From Candidatus Levybacteria bacterium RIFCSPHIGHO2_02_FULL_40_18 (GTDB lineage Bacteria; Patescibacteriota; Microgenomatia; Levybacterales; GWA1-39-11), in the NCBI GenBank assembly GCA_001782235.1, contig MFOC01000003.1, positions 47,851-111,850 on the forward strand: a DNA stretch of 64,000 bases, given 5' to 3'. A model generated the notes under the pieces. The model was given only the letters and a program-made list of their open reading frames with translations. It searched no databases and was not told the origin of the DNA. Both the position numbers and the translations under genes were made by a program. The stretch's first letter is position 1, and every line of letters starts with the position of its first letter. Positions 56,688-64,000 of the stretch are shown here, in pieces.

Positions 56688-56891
56688 CTAGGAGGCACTA
56701 TTGGTCATAAGGCACAGAGCACAGGTGGTAGAACCACATGAGGCACAGGTGATAAGAGTGTTACATGAACCTTGCGCATACACAGACGATCCGAAGAGTT
56801 CTTCCGCTGAATCGATAAACCTGCTACTTAAAAAGAAGTTTATCTTGACTCTTTGCTCTTTTATCGCAGGCTTGCTGTATTTTTTTTTCAT
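56688..56891 (-). CDS. Candidate RiPP precursor peptide (67 aa) with a Cys/Ser/Thr-rich core
   Basis: MKKKYSKPAIKEQRVKINFFLSSRFIDSAEELFGSSVYA | QGSCNTLITCASCGSTTCALCLMTNSAS. The start overlaps the stop of the upstream 168-aa gene (ATGA). Confidence 0.55.
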   Translation of the reverse strand: MKKKYSKPAIKEQRVKINFFLSSRFIDSAEELFGSSVYAQGSCNTLITCASCGSTTCALCLMTNSAS

Positions 56892-57394
56892 AGTTTTATT
56901 ATCTCTATTTCAAGTCTATTGTATGATGGATCGGCAAACAAGTCAATTGTTTCCTCTATTATCAACTCATCTCCCGGCTTAAGGTCTGAAAAAATCATGG
57001 GAATATTCACTCCAAGTATTTTTTTATATATTTTAAGGGCTTCAAGATCCGTTTTTCTAAAAAGCATATAGATGCCAGAGCCGCTCTTGCCGCCAACAGG
57101 ACTAATGAATAAACCCTTTTCATACTCTAATCTCCCTTTTATTCCCGGAGTGCCTAATGCTTCCTTAACTATTCCTCTGTATTCACTTTTCACAACTGAC
57201 GAGGCTAAAATATCCTTATTGGCATTGAGGTAATTAAGAACACTGTAATTAATATCGCTTGATGAGACTCTACTGACTTGATTTTGCCGTGCGGCTTCCT
57301 TAGATGAGGGTTGATAGAGAAATAAATATCCAACTTCTATTATAGTAAGTATAAAAAGCGTGATTGAGACAGCAATTATAATTCTTGTTAACAC
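56888..57394 (-). CDS. Membrane-anchored hypothetical protein (168 aa) in the YcaO locus
   Basis: N-terminal TM RIIIAVSITLFILTIIEVGYLFLY. No recognisable domain. Confidence 0.4.
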   Translation of the reverse strand: MLTRIIIAVSITLFILTIIEVGYLFLYQPSSKEAARQNQVSRVSSSDINYSVLNYLNANKDILASSVVKSEYRGIVKEALGTPGIKGRLEYEKGLFISPVGGKSGSGIYMLFRKTDLEALKIYKKILGVNIPMIFSDLKPGDELIIEETIDLFADPSYNRLEIEIIKL

Positions 57395-57429
57395 GTTGAT
57401 TCCAGTTTAGGACTTAGCGACTCTTGGTG

Positions 57430-58209
57430 TCAATGGCCTCCGGCTTTATTTCCAACACCAAGCATGTAAACCACGGTTTCATCAAGGCCGTCAACGTCAA
57501 GCAATCTATTTACATTATCGTCCATATATCCGCCCACGCCGCAAATTCCTAAACCTAGTGCACTTGCGAGTAAATAAAAGTTCTGCGCCAAATGTCCCGC
57601 CTCCACCAAAACGTGTCGGTACCCTCTGTCCCCATATTTTATGGTATTTCTTTTAAAAATTGCGGTAATTATTATCAAACATCCTGCGTTTTTTGCAAAG
57701 GGAACCGATGTAAGCAATTTTAGATTTTTTTTCTTAAAATCAGTCAGCTTTTCAAGACTGTTCGTCTTAACATAATAGTGGTACACACCTTTTGGCAAAT
57801 CCATATTTAAAGATAAGATATAAACTTCAAGCGGGAAACGTGCGCCACCTGAGGGATAAAATCTTCTTTGGGCAAAATCCGAATTTTTGTTAAGTCCTGC
57901 GCTGTAGTATAAAAAGCTATTCAATTCCCCAAGACCTATCGGCTCTTTTGAAAATTCACGTGTCGATTTTCTATCTCTAAGCGCTTGCGCAAACGTAACT
58001 CTTTTGCTAAATGTGGGTTTTGGGAGTCTTATTTCTTCAAATCTGGCATATCCCTTATAGTAAATTGTCCCCCATTCCTTGGGCCAAGATGGCCTGGGCA
58101 GATTTCTGGCCAGTTTTTTAATCTTGGTTTTTGAGTGGAATTTCTCAAACTCGGCAGTGGGCTTTCCCAGAAGGCCGGCGATATTCTTTACACGTGTGGT
58201 TTTTTTCAT
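57430..58209 (-). CDS. SagB-type (nitroreductase-fold) dehydrogenase
   Basis: ARFPLEVYILSLNMDLPKGVYHYYVKTNSLEKL...YRHVLVEAGHLAQNFYLLASALGLGICGVGGY. Confidence 0.75.
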   Translation of the reverse strand: MKKTTRVKNIAGLLGKPTAEFEKFHSKTKIKKLARNLPRPSWPKEWGTIYYKGYARFEEIRLPKPTFSKRVTFAQALRDRKSTREFSKEPIGLGELNSFLYYSAGLNKNSDFAQRRFYPSGGARFPLEVYILSLNMDLPKGVYHYYVKTNSLEKLTDFKKKNLKLLTSVPFAKNAGCLIIITAIFKRNTIKYGDRGYRHVLVEAGHLAQNFYLLASALGLGICGVGGYMDDNVNRLLDVDGLDETVVYMLGVGNKAGGH

Positions 58210-59480
58210 AAAAACGGATGAGGTATCGGATTCGGCCCCTCGTATTTTTTGCCGAAAAAGTCAGCTATCTCTCTGAGTCTTTTTGGGTTGATAACACGGC
58301 CTTTTTCAACCTCTCTCAAGTACAGCGGCTGAAGCTGGGGCATAACGACCTTATATGCCCAAAAGCCCAGCTGCTTAAATATTCCCGGTGTGATATCGAC
58401 AGCATATAAATCAAGACTATGACTTTTAAGAATACTTATAGCCAAATCTAGCTCTGCCTTTTTTGATTGTCCACCAAAGCTTTTGGGCATATGATGAGAT
58501 TTTGAGCTGGAAAGAAGAAATTGGATGTATTTTAAAGTTTTGGGATAGATCCAATACGCCGCTCTTTCGGAAAAAACATCGGTTCCTTTGAGGTTATCCC
58601 CAACTAGAATGGAACCGTTTTTCAGCATCCGCTTTACAAAATTTCTGACCATAAAAGACTCTCCTATTGCGCCCAGAACTGCGTCAATTTGGGAAAACCC
58701 TGCCTTTGCGCCCGCAGACACCGCGGGACCAAAACCGCTTCTGTCAATTAAAACTGCACAATAAACGGGAATGCCAAGATCGCAGGTAATATCTAAAACA
58801 TAAAGCTCAAGTTTATATCTGGCGCACTTTTCCAAAACCAATTTGACAGCTTTATTGCCCAAAGCTTCAAGGTCAACTTTTGGGGGGGTAATTTTGTTAA
58901 GATAGATTGTCATAAAACTATCTCTTTCTATTACTTCGTAGATGCCATTTAGTAGCGCCTGCTCCCTGCTTCTTCCAATTGCACCCCCTGTGCTAATGCT
59001 TGGAAAGTCTAAAAGCGGTTCCCCTTTGTTATTTCTTAAGAAGTGAAGGAAGATTAATTGTGCAGGTATATAACACTTCTTGCCGGTCATCAAATTTACT
59101 GCCCCAACCCAGCCAAATTTTCTATCTATCAGTTCTGGCCTTTTTGTAAAAATTGTCGGATTGACGAAAAACCTAGGATTATCGCTGAATCTGCCATATC
59201 TTATCGAGTCTTGACTATAGGCATCGAGGCAGAACCTCTCCATTGCCTCAAATAAAGACTTAAAAAGCGCGTCTTTGGGAGAATTGATTGAAAAGCCCAA
59301 ACCGGAAAAGAAAGCACTGCCGACAATGAGTTTTTTTTTGTGCCTCCTGCCTATTTTAAATACGCATTGATAATTAAGGAATTTAGGCTCATCATAGAAC
59401 TCAGCAACTCGTGTTATTTGGGGGCTAAGTTCCAATTCATTAAGTTTATCAAGTATCGAATAAAAGTCCGAAAGCTTCAT
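58206..59480 (-). CDS. YcaO-domain protein (second copy)
   Basis: STGGAIGRSREQALLNGIYEVIERDSFMTIYLNK. GPNPIPHPFL C-terminus. 4-nt overlap with the dehydrogenase. Confidence 0.8.
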   Translation of the reverse strand: MKLSDFYSILDKLNELELSPQITRVAEFYDEPKFLNYQCVFKIGRRHKKKLIVGSAFFSGLGFSINSPKDALFKSLFEAMERFCLDAYSQDSIRYGRFSDNPRFFVNPTIFTKRPELIDRKFGWVGAVNLMTGKKCYIPAQLIFLHFLRNNKGEPLLDFPSISTGGAIGRSREQALLNGIYEVIERDSFMTIYLNKITPPKVDLEALGNKAVKLVLEKCARYKLELYVLDITCDLGIPVYCAVLIDRSGFGPAVSAGAKAGFSQIDAVLGAIGESFMVRNFVKRMLKNGSILVGDNLKGTDVFSERAAYWIYPKTLKYIQFLLSSSKSHHMPKSFGGQSKKAELDLAISILKSHSLDLYAVDITPGIFKQLGFWAYKVVMPQLQPLYLREVEKGRVINPKRLREIADFFGKKYEGPNPIPHPFL

Positions 59481-59617
59481 CAGATTGCCATATATATTAT
59501 CAATTAAAAGTTGACCTGTAAAGAATGAATAAAATCAATGGCCTTTTGAAAGAGTTCTTAAATGCATAAGTTTTACCAAGGATAAAAGCTTTTAAGGGCC
59601 TGGCTAAAACTCAGGCG

Positions 59618-59716
59618 AAACTTGTTAAAAGCAGGCGCTATTCTTTGCGGCCAGCGGATTTCACCCTCCCCATAGCGTCTGCTTTTAAAGAGGAAATTGT
59701 TGGGAAACACACCGCT
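59618..59716. repeat. About 95-bp direct repeat A. It is a 3' fragment of a paralogue of the 60465..61793 gene. The minus strand encodes ...FPNNFLFKSRRYGEGEIRWPQRIAPAFNKF...
   Basis: About 90% identical to 60511-60609, which is the genuine 3' end of 60465..61793. Confidence 0.6.
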
Positions 59717-60142
59717 TCATTCTAAACTCCTCAGGTACTGCAAAAATTGCGCAGGCCTCATAGTTATAATGTTTAAATCTTCTTTTATCTTATCGGTGTT
59801 GAAATCTTTTTGATTATAAGTGATGAGAAATTTAGCTTTTGACTTATATGCTCCCGCTACGATATGCGCGTCATTTGAATCTTCAACAAAGTTATTATAT
59901 TTTTCCCTTATTTTCTTAAGTGAACTTTTAATCTCAATCTTTAAGAATCTTCTCTCAATAAGCTCTTTCAGGTCTTGCTCTTTTATATTCAGTTCTTTTG
60001 ACACCCTTTTTAACTCCTCCAAAGATATATTTGAAATAAAACGATTGGCACCGCTTTTATGAATAAGGGAATAGGCAGCGCCTGTTTTTGACAGAAGAGA
60101 AGAAATTACAACATCTGAATCAATAAAGACTGTTGGGGTCAT
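59717..60142 (-). CDS. PIN-domain (VapC-like) putative toxin
   Basis: N-terminal VFIDSDVVISSLL with the conserved Asp. About 140 aa. Confidence 0.55.
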   Translation of the reverse strand: MTPTVFIDSDVVISSLLSKTGAAYSLIHKSGANRFISNISLEELKRVSKELNIKEQDLKELIERRFLKIEIKSSLKKIREKYNNFVEDSNDAHIVAGAYKSKAKFLITYNQKDFNTDKIKEDLNIITMRPAQFLQYLRSLE

Positions 60143-60146
60143 TTAT

Positions 60147-60410
60147 TTAAGCCGCCCGGGCTTTTTTAAGATATTGCCGCACGCGCGGTATAACTTTCAT
60201 GTCTTCTTGTTCTTTAGAAAATAAATCATAGTCAAGCCCTGTGATCATAAATGATACGGAACTTGCGGGAATTCTATACACACGGCCAAGTTTTTTAGCA
60301 ACAATCTCCCCTCGAGCGATAAGCTCATAAACCGTATTTTTTGATAATTGAAGGGCCTCGGCAATTTGTTCGGGGGTATACATTTTTACAATATTAGCAT
60401 TACTTATCAT
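60147..60410 (-). CDS. HTH (excisionase/MerR-type) DNA-binding protein. Putative antitoxin of the PIN protein.
   Basis: YTPEQIAEALQLSKNTVYELIARGEIVAKKLGRVYRI. 4-nt gap to the downstream PIN gene. Confidence 0.5.
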   Translation of the reverse strand: MISNANIVKMYTPEQIAEALQLSKNTVYELIARGEIVAKKLGRVYRIPASSVSFMITGLDYDLFSKEQEDMKVIPRVRQYLKKARAA

Positions 60411-60464
60411 GACTATACTATACTAAACTCAACTAAACTTGTCAATAGTCAACTCCAGACCTTT

Positions 60465-61793
60465 TTACCTGGGGTAAAGTTTGCCAAGGATTTGATGCAG
60501 GTTATATGTAAACTTATTAAAAGCAGGCGCTATTCTTTGAGGCCATTTGATTTCATCCTCCCCGTAGCGTCTGCTTTTAAAGAGGAAATTGTTGGGAAAC
60601 GCACCGGTTTGTTTTGTGGTATATGGACTTACAATGTCCCATACAACCTCACCTTTGTTGGTTACTTCGAATATATGTCCCCTAGTCCCGTCAGTGATTA
60701 GCGTATTTCCATTTGAAAGTCTTTGCGCGCCCCCTACGATTGGCGCATAAAATTTAATTTTGTCAATTGGCCCCTCTCCTGCATCAAACTGCCATACAAC
60801 TTTGTTTGTTTTGGGGTTCACTTCAACTGCCCTTGATCCGAAACTCGGAAATGGCGCCGGGAGCCTATCATACCCGTTATCAAATACAAGAATGTTTCCG
60901 TTTTCAAGCAATGTCGGGTCATGCTGAAGGCTGAACATTCCTTTTGGAGATCGCCAGATTATTCCCCCGTCTTCTTTTCGAATTATATAAACAGTACTAG
61001 TTGTCCGCATGCTTAAAAGATACGCAGGTGTGCCATCGATAGGATTTTTTTCCATATACTTCAACCCGTTAGTGTAGGTCCATCCGTACCGAGGCAGAAG
61101 CGGGGCAATTACGTCCATTTGCGGATCCATATGCTCATATGAGTGCCAAGACCAAACAGTCTCTCCTTTTCGATTTATCTCGACTATATTATCCGACCAA
61201 ATGAGACCGCCTTCCCCGCCGGGCCGGAGACCCTCTGGGCCGGAGGCCATCTCTGTACCATCAACGCCACCTTGAATTTGCCTTGCGATCTCAGGTGGTG
61301 TTTTCTCCCAGAGAGCAAAAGCAAGGTTTCCGTTAGGCAGTATTGCGACATCATGATGCATTGCCTCATTCTTATATTCCCAAACCACATTCGATTTCCA
61401 GTCAAGTTCTTGAATAATTCCGGTATTGCCTCCCGGAGGGAAAAACTGGCTATATTTTGGCTGCTCCATTACCGAGAGTAATTTCCCGTCAGGCTCAAGA
61501 ACCGAGTACAGAACCTGATGATTGGTTGTCCATGTATGTACGGGGTAGCCCGCCATATCGAGTAAATAAACTTTGCCCTCGATTTTTGAATCGCTTAAAA
61601 GACGGTTATATGGAGAAATTAACGTGTAGCCCGGAAAGACCTTTTCCTCATCGAGAATCGGCAGTGATTTAAAGATGCTGTATGAATTGTCTATGGGTTT
61701 GAAAACGAATATGAAAGTCAGTATGTAAACTGCGCCTAAAATCAATAGAATATAAAGAAGTTTTTGAGGAGGATTAAAACCTTTGTTTTCCAC
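60465..61793 (-). CDS. Membrane-anchored beta-propeller protein, arylsulfotransferase (ASST)-like. It carries an in-frame GC-rich insert.
   Basis: N-terminal TM. Repeated hydrophobic-Gly blades (NGNILVFDNGYDR, NGNTLITDGTRGHIFEVTNKGEVVWD). Insert EMASGPEGLRPGGEGG at 61217-61252. Confidence 0.4.
   Translation of the reverse strand: MENKGFNPPQKLLYILLILGAVYILTFIFVFKPIDNSYSIFKSLPILDEEKVFPGYTLISPYNRLLSDSKIEGKVYLLDMAGYPVHTWTTNHQVLYSVLEPDGKLLSVMEQPKYSQFFPPGGNTGIIQELDWKSNVVWEYKNEAMHHDVAILPNGNLAFALWEKTPPEIARQIQGGVDGTEMASGPEGLRPGGEGGLIWSDNIVEINRKGETVWSWHSYEHMDPQMDVIAPLLPRYGWTYTNGLKYMEKNPIDGTPAYLLSMRTTSTVYIIRKEDGGIIWRSPKGMFSLQHDPTLLENGNILVFDNGYDRLPAPFPSFGSRAVEVNPKTNKVVWQFDAGEGPIDKIKFYAPIVGGAQRLSNGNTLITDGTRGHIFEVTNKGEVVWDIVSPYTTKQTGAFPNNFLFKSRRYGEDEIKWPQRIAPAFNKFTYNLHQILGKLYPR
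61217..61252. repeat. Third copy of the gggccggagRc x2 GC-rich in-frame mini-element
   Basis: ccgccgggccggagaccctctgggccggaggccatc. Confidence 0.6.
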
Positions 61794-61866
61794 GTTTTAA
61801 TACTAGATTATAATTTTTCGGTTTGCAATAGTATTTTTGTGCACGCGCAGATATATGGGGAAATTG

Positions 61867-61945
61867 GCAAAAAAATAGGGGGGTGCATGAAGAGTTTTAT
61901 CGCCAAAAAGGCTAGTTCGTAAACGAACACTCAACGCACACCCCC
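61867..61945 (-). terminator. Probable intrinsic terminator for the minus-strand gene 62009..62800
   Basis: GC stem ggggggtgc...gcacaccccc encloses an inner hairpin gttcgtaaacgaac. On the minus strand it is followed by tattttttt. Confidence 0.4.
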
Positions 61946-62008
61946 AAAAGGATTGCGAAACTAATCAGCGCGATCGCTGGGTCGTAAAAGAAAGGTTACC
62001 GGCGGCGG

Positions 62009-62800
62009 TCAGGCTGCTGGTATGCAGAGCTTGAAGTTACCCTTCGAGGTAACTTGGCCTTGGAACGTGATCTGTCCATCGAGCGAGCCATCGGCCTGTT
62101 GGGTGAATACCACCAGGGGAAAACCACCCGAGAAAGATAGTAAACCACCCGGGACAATCAGAAGTTTCCAGTTCGTAATCGCGATCTTGTTGCCGTTGAA
62201 GAAGTACGTTACCTTCGAAGACGCGATGTCGTTGATGACGACTACGGACTTGCCGATGCCTTGATCTTTGGCAGGACCACCTGGAATAACGCCTGTGCTC
62301 TTCCACTCGCCTTCATAAACTCCTTCCGGAGCCTGTACACTGGTTATGACCTTGAGGTCGTCCTTGGTAAGCGAGGGGATCGTCTGCGGGACGCTACAGG
62401 TGGTGGTACCGACGGGCGGGTATGCTGAACAGGCTCCCGGCGTGATCTGGAACAGACCTGTCATGCCGACGCCGTTCTTGAACTGGTTGACGAGACGGAA
62501 GGTGTACTTGACGCCCGGCTTGAAATCTCCGATGAAGATACTGTTGTCCGTGACGCCGACGTCGTAACGCTTGTACGCGCCTCCTGACGATACCTCAAAC
62601 CACTGTTTGGTGGCGGCGGGGTTACGAACCCAGCTGAAGCTAACGTCGACAAGTCCGTCAGCCTGACATTGTTCCCATACGCCGATTCCGGATCCCTCTG
62701 CGCTGGCCGTCTCGACCGGGTTACCGGGCAAGATGCTTGTGCCGAATGCGGCGATGGCAATCGCTGCGACGACAACCAAAAACTTGTACTTGTTGAACAC
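62009..62800 (-). CDS. Secreted hypothetical protein encoded in a second high-GC island
   Basis: Signal peptide FLVVVAAIAIAAFGTSIL. About 58% GC against AT-rich flanks. No recognisable domain. Confidence 0.4.
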   Translation of the reverse strand: MFNKYKFLVVVAAIAIAAFGTSILPGNPVETASAEGSGIGVWEQCQADGLVDVSFSWVRNPAATKQWFEVSSGGAYKRYDVGVTDNSIFIGDFKPGVKYTFRLVNQFKNGVGMTGLFQITPGACSAYPPVGTTTCSVPQTIPSLTKDDLKVITSVQAPEGVYEGEWKSTGVIPGGPAKDQGIGKSVVVINDIASSKVTYFFNGNKIAITNWKLLIVPGGLLSFSGGFPLVVFTQQADGSLDGQITFQGQVTSKGNFKLCIPAA

Positions 62801-63631
62801 TTGAGTGGTCCTCCGTTACTACTTCCGTAGCGGACTATAAGTATTGTTGATTCGGACGGGCTACAACCTCCTATCAGGACTATTTCGCGCAAAGCGATGT
62901 CCTACTTGCTTCCTTAGCAGTTTGCGTAGATTGATCATGATGCCCTCCTTGTTCTTACGCTCCTGTTCGACCATCCTTCTTTTGTTTTAATTTTCCTTTC
63001 TATAATTATGTATTTCTACCGGTTTCTACCCTTCCGCAAACAAACCAACAGTTTGTTTGAAGAGCGGTAGAAACAAAGCCTCATACATCCGCCAGCTGGC
63101 GGAGAAGCTTTTTGAAATACACTTTCACAATCAGTTATTAATGTGCAATTTACAATTCAACCCATGCTTGTAGGATGATATGTAAACTTCAATTCAGCAT
63201 TATATCAGAAATTTATAAAACTTCTTACAATAATCAAATAATCCCTAATGGAAAAACTCAGAAGCCTGGGTTATTAGTAAATCGTAAAGATTCTAGTGTA
63301 ATCTCACTTACAAAATTTTTGTAGCGGAAAGTACTGATATGAGCATTGCGAATTGATTTAATCTTTCATAGAATGAACATTAAAAAGTTCACATCAAATT
63401 ACGGATTCATAGAATGGCCTGACATAAATTTTGATGAAATTAAAGATTATTATGTTGAGAACAAGACGGCACGAGTTCTTTATAAGGGGGTGATTGCTTT
63501 GCTTTTTACTCCTCAAATTATCCTCCAGGCTTTTTTGATAATTTTAAAATTCAAAGCATAATATGAGATATTTATGCAATTCACCATAAACGCTTGACAT
63601 TTATCTATTCTAATCTTTTCGAACATAATAT

Positions 63632-64000
63632 CTACTCATAATTAGTCCACTCCTTTAAGAATTTATTGAGAAAATTTTGAGTGAATTTATGCTTTTCTTT
63701 CGCAATTTTCCTCCCGGTCTTAGTATTCATTTTGTCCTTCAGCAATAAGAGTTTTTCGTAAAAATGATTAATAGCGGTGAAACTTTTTTTGTAATCGCCA
63801 AAACTTTTATGGAGGACCGGTTTAACGGTCGGATCGAAAAGCGAGTGTTTAAAATATGCGCTTGTTGCAAATACGCGGGCCAACCCTATTGCACCAAGCG
63901 CATCAAGGCGGTCTGCGTCCTGAACTATTTTTCCTTCTCTGCTTCTCATTTTATTAGGTACATTTGCTCCCTTAAAAGACACATTATCAACAATATGCTC
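63632..64000 (-). CDS. HD-domain phosphohydrolase, 5' partial (continues beyond the window end)
   Basis: IVQDADRLDALGAIGLARVF is an HD-domain C-terminal motif. The ORF is open to the window edge. Confidence 0.45.
   Translation of the reverse strand, partial: EHIVDNVSFKGANVPNKMRSREGKIVQDADRLDALGAIGLARVFATSAYFKHSLFDPTVKPVLHKSFGDYKKSFTAINHFYEKLLLLKDKMNTKTGRKIAKEKHKFTQNFLNKFLKEWTNYE

Noticed and set aside
56701-56982. 93-aa plus-strand ORF overlapping the precursor-peptide gene
   Set aside because: It is antisense to a much better-supported minus-strand gene pair (ATGA-coupled, operon context). It is hydrophobic low complexity typical of an antisense artefact.

Overview
This 64 kb window is AT-rich (roughly 35-40% GC). 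Its gene content looks like a small-genome, Gram-positive-type uncultivated bacterium, possibly Patescibacteria/CPR-like, though this is inferred only from gene content and style. Housekeeping genes (rho, radA, an S1-domain protein, pth, a gpmA-like gene, a site-2 protease) are mixed with a large cell-envelope glycosylation inventory (GT2, GT4, two O-antigen-ligase-like genes, a carbamoyltransferase, a sugar phosphotransferase, three sulfatase-like PF00884 enzymes, and a 1016-aa polytopic membrane protein that may be a GT-C-type transferase) and an accessory region (about 36.8-61.8 kb). The accessory region holds the main discovery candidates. There are two YcaO plus SagB-type dehydrogenase RiPP loci, each with a short, strongly expressed precursor-like ORF (one Cys/Ser/Thr-rich, one Pro/Cys-rich). 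The second locus is embedded with an HPr-kinase-like protein, a PqqD-like RRE, a nucleotidyltransferase fusion and a sulfatase-like enzyme, a combination I do not recognise as a described RiPP class. A 5.6 kb cassette bounded by 114-bp direct repeats carries a radical-SAM/SPASM enzyme with an RRE-like N-terminus, a kinase, an oxidoreductase and a ComB-like phosphatase. Toxin-antitoxin or abortive-infection modules include BrnT/BrnA, AbiEii, PIN plus HTH, PIN-TRAM, NYN, and retropepsin plus DUF5678. A second theme is genome plasticity. Short repeat elements are inserted in frame into conserved genes: a MITE-like inverted repeat inside radA, a GC-rich 'GPEGLRPGG' module twice in the S1 protein and once in an unrelated enzyme, and a BglII-palindrome module in both pth and the 1016-aa protein. 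Heptanucleotide tandem repeats lie inside two surface-polysaccharide genes. Gene insertions are flanked by 100-200 bp duplications of neighbouring gene ends. The four-helix-bundle '23S IVS' protein genes are flanked by inverted repeats. Two high-GC islands (about 4.84-8.95 kb and 61.86-62.95 kb) carry exported proteins and an Flp-type pilin. No rRNA, tRNA or CRISPR array was recognised.
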